Source: Candidatus Latescibacterota bacterium
Lineage (GTDB): Bacteria > Krumholzibacteriota > Krumholzibacteriia > WVZY01 > JAKEHA01
Direction of reading: 5' to 3'
DNA length: 64,000 nucleotides
Assembly: GCA_963707635.1 (NCBI GenBank)
Contig: OY970173.1
Span: 2,336,001 to 2,400,000 of the forward strand
Below, one piece after another: positions 29,434-39,549 of the stretch (position 1 is the stretch's first letter; each line of letters opens with the position of its first letter). The translations under genes were made by a program, and so were the position numbers. The notes under the pieces are model-generated. The model did not search any database. It was given only the letters and a program-made list of their open reading frames with translations, and was not told where the DNA came from.

Positions 29434-30153
29434 TTATGGAATCTTCCTCAGGATGGACGCAAACCGCAGCTTCCACACCATGAACGCCGCTTCCCAGATG
29501 ATGCGGCGGGACATCTTCGACGACCCCACCAGCCGATCGGTGAACACGATCGGCATCTCGACGATGCGCAACCCGCGCTTCCACACGTGGTAGTTCATTT
29601 CGATCTGGAAGGAGTAGCCGTCGCTGCGAATGCGGTCCAGCGGCAGCACGGCCAGCACTTCGCGCCGGAAGCACTTGAATCCGCCGGTGGCGTCGTGGAG
29701 CGGCATGCCGGTCACGATGCGCGTATAGATATTGGCCGAAACGCTCAGGATCAGCCGCGAAAGCGGCCAGTTCACCACGGTGACGCCGCCCGAATAGCGC
29801 GAGCCGATCACCAGGTCCGCGCCCCGGATCTTCTCGAGAAAGAATGGAATCGCGCCCGGGTCGTGCGAGAAGTCCGCGTCCATCTCGAAGACGAACTTCG
29901 CGTCGGAATTCGCCAGCGCCCACTTGAACCCGGCGATGTACGCTCCTCCGAGCCCCAGCTTGGCACCCCGGTTCAGCACGTGCAGGCGCGGTTCCCGGCG
30001 CGCCCAGTCTTCCACCAGCCGGCCGGTTCCATCGGGCGAGTTGTCGTCCACCACCAGCACGTGCAGGTCGACCGGCAGCGCCAGCGACGCGGACAGGATA
30101 CGCTCGATGTTCTCGCGTTCGTTGTAGGTGGGAATCACGACGAGCGCTTCCAC
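29434..30153 (-). CDS. Polyprenol-phosphate mannose synthase (DPM1/Ppm1-like GT2)
   Basis: IPTYNERENI, VDDNSPDGTG, KLGLGGAY, EMDADFSHDP, GSRY, DATGGFKCFR, GYSFQIEM, PIVFTDR..GSSKM. Confidence 0.9.
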   Translation of the reverse strand: MEALVVIPTYNERENIERILSASLALPVDLHVLVVDDNSPDGTGRLVEDWARREPRLHVLNRGAKLGLGGAYIAGFKWALANSDAKFVFEMDADFSHDPGAIPFFLEKIRGADLVIGSRYSGGVTVVNWPLSRLILSVSANIYTRIVTGMPLHDATGGFKCFRREVLAVLPLDRIRSDGYSFQIEMNYHVWKRGLRIVEMPIVFTDRLVGSSKMSRRIIWEAAFMVWKLRFASILRKIP

Positions 30154-32723
30154 GGCGCCCCCTTCCAGCTCGCGACCAGCGCGCCGGAGAGCGCCAGCAA
30201 GCTCAGGGCGAACGCCGTCACCGACACGGCGGCACTCCGGCTCAGGAGGGACGCGTCGTAGCGAAATGCGATCTCGTGCCGGCCCGCGCCGAGTGCCACC
30301 GCGCGCAGCACGTGGTTCGCGCGCAGGACCTCGGCCGGCGCGCCGTCGACCGTCGCCTTCCAGTCCGGGTAATAGATCTCGCTCACGACCACGATCCCCG
30401 GGCGATCGAGCTCGACCGCGAGCGACAGCTCGCGGTCGGAACGCTTCACCACCGTCACCTGCGCGCTGTCACCGGGCGCCGGTTCGATCGCGGGTTTGCG
30501 ATCCAAGAGCGCGGTGTGGCGAAGGTCGACGTCGCCGGCGGCCAGAAGCGCGGGGGTCTCGTCCGGCGCCGTCACCCGATACGCGCCCGCGACCCACGCG
30601 CGCGGGAACGCGCCCGTGTTCTCGTAGATGGCGCGCTCCTGCTGCTCGAAGTCGTGGCCGTTCCACACCGGCCGCAGGCGCGGCAGCTCGGGCAGCCGCG
30701 TGCCGGACACGATGTAACGCACGTTCATCATGTCGAGCGGCTGGAAGTTGCCGCGGGAGAGACCCTCGGCCAGGGCCTGCAGATACTGCTCGTACCACGA
30801 CAGCTTGGCCGGGTGATACCCGCCGATCGACTCGATGCCGAACACCATGAACCGGTTCGAGGCGAAGAAGGCGGAAAACGGCCGCTGGGGACTGTCCATC
30901 GGGAAGACCCGGAACGGCCCTTCCAGCCGCCGGAGCGCGTCCACCATTTCGTCGGTCGCGGAAAAACGCGCCGTCTCCGCCGGGTCGTGAACCACGCGAT
31001 ACGCATCGTACGGCCGAAACCGCTCCGGGTGCAGGATGAAACGGTCGACCCGGTAGTAGTCGACCATCCCCAGCACCAGCACGCCGGCGGCGAGCAGCGC
31101 GGCGCCAATTCGCCGGCTGGAAACGAACGCGAACACCGTCGCCGCCAGCACGAGTCCGATCAGTGACGTCTGCACCAGATCCCGCGCGAGGAACTCTCCC
31201 GCTATGCGCGCGACCATCCGCTGCTGCTCCGGGTTCTGGGTCGCGCGCACGTGCGACGCGGCCGCGCTCACGAACCCGCCGGTCCAGTACCCCTGCGTGA
31301 AGAGCGCGGCCACAAACGCCGCCCCCGCGACCATCAAGGCGCGCAGCGCCCACCGGCGCGAGTGCCCGCCGCTCGCGCGCGTGAGCACCGCGCTCGCGCC
31401 CGCCGCGAACAACACCACCACCGCGAGCTGCTGCACGATCAGCACCATCACGGGGACGCGGAACTTGCTGAAGTAAGGGAGCCACTGGAAGAGCGGGTTG
31501 TACACGACCGGGAAGAACTTGCCGAACGAAACCAGCGTCGCCACCAGCGCCACGAACGCGGCGAATCCTACCCAGCGTCCGCGGACACCGATCAGCGCCA
31601 CCAGCGCGAACGCGAGCACCACCACCCCGAGATAGTTCGGGTAGTCGGTAAACGGCATGTGGCCGAGATAGAGCTCCTTGCCGAACCCGAACGAGTGCGG
31701 CACCAGGAACGTCAGCATCTCGGTCGGGTGCAGGCTCCACGAGGTGGCGTACCCGTACTCGGCGCCGCCGGCGGCCGACGCCCCGCGAATCGAATACTGC
31801 GCGTAGTCGTGAACCGGTCCGTAGAGCACCGCGCACATGGCGAGCGACATGGCGACGACCGCGGCGAGCACGATCGCAGCGAACCCGACGTCGACGAGCG
31901 CGCGCCGCAGCGGTGGCGCGGTCGCAGCACCCAGCCGCGCGCGCAGGCGCCCGGGCACCGGGGTTTCACCGGCGTCGCGTCCGCGCACGGCGTCGACCAC
32001 GCGCACGGCGCCGAAGTAGACCGCGTGCAGCCCGACCAGCGCGTAGGTGTAGTACGAAATCTGGAGGTGACCGCGCAGCATCGACAGCCCCAGCGTGATC
32101 GACAGCGCGGCGGCGTTCATCAGCAGTCCGCGTCCGCGCCAGAGGCGGTCCCAGAAGTAGAGGGCGAACGGGAGGTACGCGACCGCGCACGCCTGGCTGC
32201 CGTGTCCGTTGGCGCCGACCGCCACCAGGTTCGGCATCCACATCATGAACACGCCCGCCGCCATGGCGACGCCGGCATGCGCGCCGCGCGAGCGCACGAG
32301 CAGGAACGTCCCCAGACCGGTGAGAAAGGTGTGGAACAGGAGCCACGTGTACTGGGGGAAGAACAGGAAGCGAACCAGGAGACCTAGAACGAAGTTCACC
32401 GGGTACACGTACGGCGTGTACGCGAGGCTCCCATAGCTCGGCATCCCGGAAAAAAGGTACGGGTTCCACACCGGGTACGAGCCCGCCGCGAGCTGGCGCT
32501 TGCCCACCGCCGCGAAGCTGGTCGCGGACTGGTTGTCGCTGGCGAAGAAGACCTTCCCCTCGAAGACAATCTCGCGGTAGAGCACCGCGATGGCGAGCAG
32601 GAGAATGAGAACCGCCGCGACGGCAACGCGGCCCGGCCGGCTCTGCGCCGCGCGCGCCGGCTGGGCCTCGACGCGCGATTTCCGGGAATCAGGCCGGGCG
32701 GGTCTGGGTGTCTTGGCGGACAT
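30135..32723 (-). CDS. YfhO-family membrane glycosyltransferase (GT-C)
   Basis: PVWNPYLFSGMP, GHLQISYY, ATSWSLHP.E, SKFRVP, GGYHPAKL, C-terminal SEIYYPDWKATVDG...RANHVLRAV...G.HEI.FRY plus TM. Confidence 0.85.
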   Translation of the reverse strand: MSAKTPRPARPDSRKSRVEAQPARAAQSRPGRVAVAAVLILLLAIAVLYREIVFEGKVFFASDNQSATSFAAVGKRQLAAGSYPVWNPYLFSGMPSYGSLAYTPYVYPVNFVLGLLVRFLFFPQYTWLLFHTFLTGLGTFLLVRSRGAHAGVAMAAGVFMMWMPNLVAVGANGHGSQACAVAYLPFALYFWDRLWRGRGLLMNAAALSITLGLSMLRGHLQISYYTYALVGLHAVYFGAVRVVDAVRGRDAGETPVPGRLRARLGAATAPPLRRALVDVGFAAIVLAAVVAMSLAMCAVLYGPVHDYAQYSIRGASAAGGAEYGYATSWSLHPTEMLTFLVPHSFGFGKELYLGHMPFTDYPNYLGVVVLAFALVALIGVRGRWVGFAAFVALVATLVSFGKFFPVVYNPLFQWLPYFSKFRVPVMVLIVQQLAVVVLFAAGASAVLTRASGGHSRRWALRALMVAGAAFVAALFTQGYWTGGFVSAAASHVRATQNPEQQRMVARIAGEFLARDLVQTSLIGLVLAATVFAFVSSRRIGAALLAAGVLVLGMVDYYRVDRFILHPERFRPYDAYRVVHDPAETARFSATDEMVDALRRLEGPFRVFPMDSPQRPFSAFFASNRFMVFGIESIGGYHPAKLSWYEQYLQALAEGLSRGNFQPLDMMNVRYIVSGTRLPELPRLRPVWNGHDFEQQERAIYENTGAFPRAWVAGAYRVTAPDETPALLAAGDVDLRHTALLDRKPAIEPAPGDSAQVTVVKRSDRELSLAVELDRPGIVVVSEIYYPDWKATVDGAPAEVLRANHVLRAVALGAGRHEIAFRYDASLLSRSAAVSVTAFALSLLALSGALVASWKGAPWKRSS

Positions 32724-32741
32724 AATAGACAACGGGGCAAG

Positions 32742-32770
32742 ATGATATCATGGGGTCGACCGGGCGTAAA
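32742..32770 (-). promoter_or_regulatory. Internal sigma70-type promoter upstream of the YfhO gene
   Basis: TTTACG (32770-32765), 17 bp spacer, TGn-TATCAT (32747-32742). Confidence 0.65.
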
Positions 32771-32802
32771 TTGCGATCTCCAAACGGCTTGAGCCTCTGT
32801 GC

Positions 32803-33948
32803 TTAGCGCGTTTCCTCGCCCGCGCCGGCCTCGATCCCGGCGGCCCGAAAGACCGCGCGGGCACAGGAACTCCACGAGAACACCGCACGGTGGGCACGAA
32901 TCGCCTCCGACATGCGCGGCGCCAGGCGTTCGTCGAAGAAACGGCCGATGGCCGCCGCGAGTTTCTCGGGCGAGTTCGGCGGCACCACGAAGCCCGTCCG
33001 CCCGTCGTCGACCACGTCGGGAAGGCCCCCGACCGCGGTGACGATGACCGGGACCGCGAACGCGTACGCGGTCTGCACGACCGCGCTCTGGGTCGCGGTC
33101 ACGTACGGCAGCACCGCCACGTCCGCCGACTTGAAATACGTCGGCACTTCCTCGTTCGGCACGTAGCGGTCCACGATCCGGACCCGGTGCCCGATCCCCA
33201 GCGCGCGGATGCGGTCGTCGTAGGGCCGCCGGCTTTCGTAGAACTCCCCGACCACGAGCAGCGTGGCGTCCAGCCGCTCCGCACAGAGCGCGAACGCATC
33301 CAGCAACGTCGCCAACCCCTTGTACGCGCGCACCAACCCGAAGAACAGAATGACGTTGCCTTCCACGCCGAGCCGGCGCCGCGCCTGTGCGCGATCGAGG
33401 TCGCCTTCGCGAAACAGATCGAACACCGGCATGGGGTTGAATTCGACACGCGCCTGCGGAAGGATCGACCGCAGCACCACCGCGTCCTCGCGCGACTGCA
33501 CCACGAACCCGTCGGATGCCCCGAGGCCCCAGCGCGTCAGCATGCGATCGAACCGTTTCGGCTCGTGGGGAAGCACGTTGTGGCATAGAAACACGATCCG
33601 CGCGCTTCCCTTCCCGGCCCGGGCGGCGATGGAACGGAACGCCGGTGCAAAAAACGGCTGCCACCACTGAAACACCACCAGGCCGGGGTCGAAGCGCGCG
33701 ATCGCGCGCGCCGCCCGGCGCCACGACAGCGGATTGATCGAATCGATCGCCCGGATGGCCTCGACGTGGACGAGCTCCCCGCTCTCGTCGAACTGGGTGC
33801 GGCCGGGAAACAGGAGCGACGGGTAGAGACGCGAGAACCCGACCACCTGCACCTGGTGGGAGGTCATGAACTCGCGCGCGAGCATCTGGGTGAAGTGGCT
33901 GATGCCGCCGCGGTACGGGTACGTGGGCCCAACCAGGCAGATCTTCAT
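32803..33948 (-). CDS. Glycosyltransferase family 4 (GT-B)
   Basis: MKICLVGPTYPYRGGISHF, FFGLVRAYKGL, LPYVTATQSAV, VGGLPDVV; ATG 33948 overlaps the upstream stop. Confidence 0.9.
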   Translation of the reverse strand: MKICLVGPTYPYRGGISHFTQMLAREFMTSHQVQVVGFSRLYPSLLFPGRTQFDESGELVHVEAIRAIDSINPLSWRRAARAIARFDPGLVVFQWWQPFFAPAFRSIAARAGKGSARIVFLCHNVLPHEPKRFDRMLTRWGLGASDGFVVQSREDAVVLRSILPQARVEFNPMPVFDLFREGDLDRAQARRRLGVEGNVILFFGLVRAYKGLATLLDAFALCAERLDATLLVVGEFYESRRPYDDRIRALGIGHRVRIVDRYVPNEEVPTYFKSADVAVLPYVTATQSAVVQTAYAFAVPVIVTAVGGLPDVVDDGRTGFVVPPNSPEKLAAAIGRFFDERLAPRMSEAIRAHRAVFSWSSCARAVFRAAGIEAGAGEETR

Positions 33949-34911
33949 GCCTTCGCGCGGGGGCCGCGGCGCGGGGTGGTCTGGCCGCGAACGTGAAACT
34001 CCTTGAGGGCGTAGACCGCCTCGCGCGCGGTGTGCGCCGTGATCAACTCGGCGAGCAGTCCGATCGACGCAATCTGGAGCGCCACGATGACGAGCACGAA
34101 GCCGAGCAGCATGACCGGACGCACGCGCAGCGACTCGCCGCCGATCCACTCGACCAGGAACACGAGCTGGGGAGCGAGCCCGATCAGGAACAGAACCCCC
34201 GCAATCCTCCCGAAGAAGTGCAGCGGGTTGAGCGCCCGCCGGGTCACAAACATGGTGGTGATCAGGTCGAAGACGCCGTTCAAGAAGCGCCGCGCGCCGT
34301 ACTTGCTCCTGCCGTACTTGCGCCGGTAGTGCCGCACCGCGATTTCGTCCACGCGGAACCCCTCCCACACCGCCAGTGCGGGAATGAAGCGGTGCAGCTC
34401 GCCGTAGACCGCGATCGCGTCTGTGACCTCGCGCCGGTACAGCTTCAGCCCGCAGTTGAAGTCGTGGAGCTTCACCCCGGTGACGGCGGAGGTGACCGAG
34501 TTGAAGAGCCGCGACGGGAGTGTTTTCGAAACCGGGTCCTGCCGCTTGGCCTTCCACCCCGACACGAGGTCGGCGCCCGCGTCGATCCGGCGCAGCAGGT
34601 TCGGGATCTCCGCCGGGTCGTCCTGCAGGTCGGCGTCGATGGTGACCACGTAGTCGCCATCGACCTCGCGGAAGCCCGCGCTCAGCGCGGCGGATTTTCC
34701 GTAGTTGCGGCGAAAACTGATGATGTTGACCCGCGGCGAGCGCTGCGGCGAGCTCGCGCAGCACCGCCACCGTGCGATCGGTGCTGCCGTCGTCGACGAA
34801 CAGGTACTCGGCGTCGCAACCCAGCTCGGCCATGACCGCCTCGAGCTTCTCGAACAGCTCGGGCAGGCTTTCCTGCTCGTTGTAGCACGGCACCACGACG
34901 GAAATCTTCAC
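33945..34911 (-). pseudogene. ArnC/GtrB-like polyprenyl-phosphate glycosyltransferase (GT2 plus 2 TM), interrupted by a +1 frameshift
   Basis: One frame gives MKISVVVPCYNE...FVDDGSTDRT...LRELA; a different frame continues SPRVNIISFRRNYGKSAAL...TIDADLQDDP...HDFNCGLK...YGELHRFIP; total span is 967 nt = 3n+1. Confidence 0.85.
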
Positions 34912-34932
34912 TCGCTGCCTCGCTGGTTGGGG

Positions 34933-35907
34933 CTACGCCGGGTCGAGGCGGCGGATCGCCGCTTCCACCCATTCCACTTCGCGCTGGATTCCCTCTTCGA
35001 TGCCCACCCGCGGCGCGTACCCGAGCTCGCGCGACGCCAGGGCGATGTCGGCGTAGGTGTGCATCACGTCCCCCTTCTGGGCTTCTTGGTAACGCACGTC
35101 CAGCGATCCGCCGACGATGTTGCCGATCACGTCCAGCACGTGGTTGACGGAAACCCGGCTGCCACCCCCGACGTTGAAGGTCACCACGTCGCCCGCGTAG
35201 TCGGACGCGGCCAGGTTCGCCGCCACCGCGTCGGCGACGAAGGTGAAATCCCGCGTCTGGGTGCCCGAGCCGTACACCTCGATCGCCTCGCCGCGCAGGG
35301 CGGCCCGGATGAACCGGTGAAAGGCCATATCCGGGCGCTGGCGCGGGCCGTAGACGGTGAAGTAGCGCAGGCACACGACCGGCAGTCCGTAGTTGACGCC
35401 GTAGAGCGCGCACAGCGCTTCACCGGCGAGCTTCGTCACCCCGTAGGGCGAGAGCGGCCGCGTCGGGTGATCTTCCTTCATGGGGAGCACCGCGGTCTGG
35501 CCGTAGACCGAGCTCGAGCTCGAGTAGACCAGCCGGATGCCGCCGCGCCGGCGCATCGCCTCACACAGGCGCTGCGTGGCGCGGATGTTGTGCTCGAGGT
35601 AGTCCTCGAAGTCGGCGCCCCAGCTCCGGCGCACCCCCGCCTGCGCGGCGAGGTGGAACACTGCCGACGCGTCGGCGAGCAGGGCGTCGAGGTCGAGGCT
35701 GGTCAGCGAGCCCTCGACGAGACGAAAGCGGTCGCTGCGCAACAGCCCGGCGAGATTGTCGCGCTTGACGCGCGGGTCGTAGTAGGGAGAGAAGCAGTCG
35801 ACCCCCACAACCGAATCGCCGCGTGCCACCAGCGCGTCGGCCACGTGGGATCCGATGAACCCCGCGACGCCCGTTACCACGACGGAATTCGTCATGGCTC
35901 GCGTCAC
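34933..35907 (-). CDS. NAD-dependent nucleotide-sugar epimerase (UDP-glucuronate/UDP-glucose 4-epimerase-like)
   Basis: TGVAGFIG, HLAAQAGVR, SSSSVYG, YGVTK, YFTVYGPRQRPDMA, RDFTF. Confidence 0.9.
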   Translation of the reverse strand: MTRAMTNSVVVTGVAGFIGSHVADALVARGDSVVGVDCFSPYYDPRVKRDNLAGLLRSDRFRLVEGSLTSLDLDALLADASAVFHLAAQAGVRRSWGADFEDYLEHNIRATQRLCEAMRRRGGIRLVYSSSSSVYGQTAVLPMKEDHPTRPLSPYGVTKLAGEALCALYGVNYGLPVVCLRYFTVYGPRQRPDMAFHRFIRAALRGEAIEVYGSGTQTRDFTFVADAVAANLAASDYAGDVVTFNVGGGSRVSVNHVLDVIGNIVGGSLDVRYQEAQKGDVMHTYADIALASRELGYAPRVGIEEGIQREVEWVEAAIRRLDPA

Positions 35908-38387
35908 GGCCCGCCCTTGCCGGGGTTCTGCAGCTCGCTTTCGAAGTACTTCAGCGATTCTCTGGCGCTGGAGTCGTCCGGGTGACGGGTCAGCCAGCTT
36001 TGCATGTAGGCGCGGGCGCGCTCCACCATCCCGGCGCGCGCGGCCAGGGTGAACGCCATCACATTCAAGTCCTGATTCTCCGGGTCCTGCCGCAGGAGCG
36101 GGTCGACGAGGTCGAGCGCCTTGGCGAACTCGCCGGTTCGCTCGTAGATGCTGGCCAGGCGGAACATCATCTGCGCGTCGCCGGGCGACTTCCTCAACGC
36201 CTCCTGATAGAACAAGATCGCCTGGCTGGTGTCGCCGGCGTCGAAGTAGTAGAGGCCCAGCAGCTGCGCCGGCACGCCGAGCTGGGGCGAGATCTGATCG
36301 GCGACCTCCATATAATGAATCGCGGTCTTGAAGTCACCCGCCTGGTGCTTCGCGTACGCGAGCTCCATGAACGCCACGCTGTAGTTCTGGATCAGGTGCA
36401 CGATGTGCGGCGCGAGGTAGATGCTCCCGTCGCGTTTCCAGTCGGCCGTGAGAATGCCGCTGTACTTGAATTCGTGCACGATGCATCGCTCGAGTCTCTC
36501 CACGTTGACCATGCGTTCGCCCTTGCGCGCCACCACCTCGTACGCCATGCCCTGCATTTCCAGAATGTCCCGGTAGGGCGCAAAGGTCGACGCGGGGATC
36601 GTCACCGCGAAGTAGATCGGCCGCTCGAACCGGTTGGTGAACAGGATGTGGTTGACCGCCTGGTCGCGGATCAGGACCCAACCGTCCTTCGACGGGCGCG
36701 GCGTCAGCGCATCGATATCCTCGTCCTTCCACGCGATCGGAACCCGGGGCTCGTTGTCGCGGCACTGCTTGATGTACCACGGCGTGTTCAACAGGCTCAG
36801 GTTCACCACGCGCACGTCCTTGCGAAACCCCTCCACCTCCTGGATGTACCACAGCGGAAAGGTGTCGTTGTCGCCGTTGGTGAACAGGACGGCGTTTGGA
36901 TCCAGGCACGCCAGCATGTTTCGCGCGTACTCGGCACAGACGCGGTTGTGAGAGCGATCGTGCGAAAAATAGTGGCGTTTGAGGGTGAAAATCGGAAACG
37001 CGAGAAACACCGCGCACACCGCCGCCGTGATCGGCACCGAGCCGCGCGACTTCGCCAGCCCGTTCTGGATCTCGCGCAGGACGCTCGCCGCGCCGATGCC
37101 GAGGAAGATCGCGAAATAGTAAAATCCGCTCGAATAGAAGTAGTCGCGCTCGCGCACTTCGCTGTCGGAGAAATTCAGGAACACGACCAGGCCGAGGGTC
37201 GTCACCAGCAGCGTGACGAACAGCATCACGAACGTCTTGCGGTGCTTCGCGAACTGGTCGACCATGCCCCAGATGCCGAGCGCGATGGGTAGGAGCGAAC
37301 CGAGATTCAGATGCCCCACGTAGGACGAGAACATCTGGAACTGCGCCTGAAAGTAGCCGTTGAAGTGCTGGAGCTGGAAACCGAAATCGGCCTTGCGCTT
37401 GAGCACGCTCATGGGCGGATACTGTTCGCGGCGCAGGACCGCGTACAGGCTGCGCCACGTCTCCGGATTGCCCTCGTCGATCGCGGGGTTGTGCAGCGAA
37501 CGAATCAGCAGCATCAGGTGGACCGACAGACCGAGCACGAACAGCCCGGAGCATATCGCCGCAAACGGCGACCGTTTCACGTAGAGCCAGGCGATCAGCA
37601 CGGCGAGCCCGATCAGCAGCGCCAGCGTGAGCGCCCCGTTTCGATACATGGTCGCGTCGGCGATGAAGGTCGCCACGCACAGCGTGGCCACCAGCCACTC
37701 CAGGGTCGAGAAGGGGCGGTCCCTGGACATGAGGACGAAGAAGAAGATGCCGGAAAAGACCAGCACGGTCCCGAGGTGGAACCCCACACTCAGCGCGAGC
37801 AGGTAGAACACGAGGTAGATGAGCCACGTGGACTGCCGCGTCTTGGGCAGGTCCCCCCACTTCAACGCGAGCCACGTCATGAATCCCATGAACGCGTTGC
37901 TCATCGCGTAGACCTCGGCCTCGGTCGAATTGACCCAGTAGGTGTCGCTGAACGCGAGGAACAGCGCCCCGGTGAGCGCCCCCGCCGTCCGCGTGACGGC
38001 GTCGGCCACCGTCCGGCTCGGCCCGACCATGTCGTCGAAGAAGCGAACCGCCAGCGCGAACACGAACAGGATGCCGGCGGCGCCGCAGAACGCCGACAGA
38101 AGGTTCACGCGCTGCGCGATGTTGAGCAGCGGAATCGGCAAGAGCGTGGCGACCTTGGCCACCAGCACGTACAGCGGCGTCCCCGGCGAGTGCGGAATGC
38201 CCAGAATGTGGGCCGACGCGATGAATTCGCCCGAGTCCCAGAACGGCGACGTCGCCTCCATGGTGCGCGCGTAGAGCGCGAGGCTGCCGAAAAAGGAAAT
38301 GGCGGCGCCGACCCAGAAGATCCGGCGCGCCGTGCGCGCCTCGGAGGCCGAGGGGACGGCGGGAGTGGGAGGACTGCTTTGCTTCAT
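35904..38387 (-). CDS. DUF2723 (TMEM260-like) membrane glycosyltransferase with C-terminal TPRs
   Basis: FWDSGEFIA...LGIPHSPGTPLY, STEAEVYA, LRREQYP, RERDYFY, FTNGDNDTFPLWYIQEVEG.R.DVRVVNLSLLNT.WY; TPR-like helices at the C terminus. Confidence 0.88.
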   Translation of the reverse strand: MKQSSPPTPAVPSASEARTARRIFWVGAAISFFGSLALYARTMEATSPFWDSGEFIASAHILGIPHSPGTPLYVLVAKVATLLPIPLLNIAQRVNLLSAFCGAAGILFVFALAVRFFDDMVGPSRTVADAVTRTAGALTGALFLAFSDTYWVNSTEAEVYAMSNAFMGFMTWLALKWGDLPKTRQSTWLIYLVFYLLALSVGFHLGTVLVFSGIFFFVLMSRDRPFSTLEWLVATLCVATFIADATMYRNGALTLALLIGLAVLIAWLYVKRSPFAAICSGLFVLGLSVHLMLLIRSLHNPAIDEGNPETWRSLYAVLRREQYPPMSVLKRKADFGFQLQHFNGYFQAQFQMFSSYVGHLNLGSLLPIALGIWGMVDQFAKHRKTFVMLFVTLLVTTLGLVVFLNFSDSEVRERDYFYSSGFYYFAIFLGIGAASVLREIQNGLAKSRGSVPITAAVCAVFLAFPIFTLKRHYFSHDRSHNRVCAEYARNMLACLDPNAVLFTNGDNDTFPLWYIQEVEGFRKDVRVVNLSLLNTPWYIKQCRDNEPRVPIAWKDEDIDALTPRPSKDGWVLIRDQAVNHILFTNRFERPIYFAVTIPASTFAPYRDILEMQGMAYEVVARKGERMVNVERLERCIVHEFKYSGILTADWKRDGSIYLAPHIVHLIQNYSVAFMELAYAKHQAGDFKTAIHYMEVADQISPQLGVPAQLLGLYYFDAGDTSQAILFYQEALRKSPGDAQMMFRLASIYERTGEFAKALDLVDPLLRQDPENQDLNVMAFTLAARAGMVERARAYMQSWLTRHPDDSSARESLKYFESELQNPGKGGP

Positions 38388-38544
38388 GCGTGCGTGCGGC
38401 GGAGCCAGCCGTCCCCGGTCGGGGCTTTGCGACGTGGGGAGCCCTGCGCGCGGGTTCCCTCCCTTGTATGCGACTACGCCCCGGAAGGTTCCCGGGCGGG
38501 CGGCGGCACGCGCCGACCACCGTACCCGATGCCGACTCGATCGA

Positions 38545-39549
38545 TCAAGCGGGAAAACGGCGGGTCCCGGGGGCGTCGACGCGGCGCGCCACGAAGTACG
38601 CCAGGCCGACGAGGCTCACCACAACCGAGATCACGTAGGTCAAGAACTCGAGCGTGAACGCGTCCGCTCGGCCGATCCCCGCCTCCGCGAACAGGAGGAT
38701 TCCGAGCCCCTCCCGCACCCCCAGCCCATTGATGGTGATGGGCGGGATCATCGCCAGGCTCAAGAGCGGCACGAACACGAAGAACTGGCACAGGAGGATC
38801 CGGTCGACGGGAATCCCGAGCGCCAGTCCGACCAGCACGTGCGTCAACACGCGCAGCGCCTGGATCACGACGGAGAACGCGGCGAGCCGGGCCACGAGCG
38901 GGCGCCGGCCCTTGAACGGCCCGAGGTGGTCCAGAATGGACGTCACGCGCCGGTCGAGCGCGAGCGGGCGCATGCGCAGCACGGTTCTGCGCAGCGTGTT
39001 CCCGAGCGGGCGGAAGAAATAGAAACCCGCGGCCGGGATCATGCACGCACCGAAAAGGGCGAGGTAGAACCAGTAGTGCGGCCCGCGATCGAGCAGGAAC
39101 AGGTCGGCGACCGCGGCCAGTGCGCACAGGCTGAAGACCCCCAGCAGCCGGTCGAGCAGCGTCACCGCGATGACCTGGTACGGATCGGCCCCCAGGCGGG
39201 AGACGTCGTACACTTTGACCGCGTCGCCGCCGACGTTGGCCGGCAGAAAATTATTGAAGAAGAGTCCGACCGAGTAGAAGCCGAACGTATCGCGCGCGGG
39301 GAGCGCTACTCCGCTCGAGCGCAGCAGCAGGTGCCACTGATACCAACCCGCCACCGTGCTCGCGAAAAAGACCACGACCGCGGCCGCGAGCATCGCCCCG
39401 TCGATGCGGTGCAGGAGTGCTTCCAGCTCGGCCAGCGAGACCTTGCGCACGAGGAACACCATGAGCGCCGCGCTCACGGTGATCTTGACGACCCAGCGGA
39501 GCGTGCGCGACGCGCGCCCTTCCGGCCCCTTGCCGCCGCCGACGTTCAT
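38545..39549 (-). CDS. Lysylphosphatidylglycerol-synthase TM-domain (UPF0104) protein, putative lipid-linked sugar flippase
   Basis: QWHLLL, GLFFNNFLPANVGGDAVK, LLDRLLG, PITINGLGVRE. Confidence 0.82.
   Translation of the reverse strand: MNVGGGKGPEGRASRTLRWVVKITVSAALMVFLVRKVSLAELEALLHRIDGAMLAAAVVVFFASTVAGWYQWHLLLRSSGVALPARDTFGFYSVGLFFNNFLPANVGGDAVKVYDVSRLGADPYQVIAVTLLDRLLGVFSLCALAAVADLFLLDRGPHYWFYLALFGACMIPAAGFYFFRPLGNTLRRTVLRMRPLALDRRVTSILDHLGPFKGRRPLVARLAAFSVVIQALRVLTHVLVGLALGIPVDRILLCQFFVFVPLLSLAMIPPITINGLGVREGLGILLFAEAGIGRADAFTLEFLTYVISVVVSLVGLAYFVARRVDAPGTRRFPA

Noticed and set aside
24923..29923. 1666-aa ORF suggesting a giant protein
   Set aside because: The N-terminal half is an off-frame reading of the GT genes; the real gene starts at GTG 27307 with an RBS and signal peptide
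38388..38544. Intergenic region with GCAAAGCC resembling a c-di-GMP-I riboswitch fragment
   Set aside because: Lacks the GGCAAAC/GNRA tetraloop and receptor elements; an Infernal search against Rfam would be needed, and I cannot support it by eye
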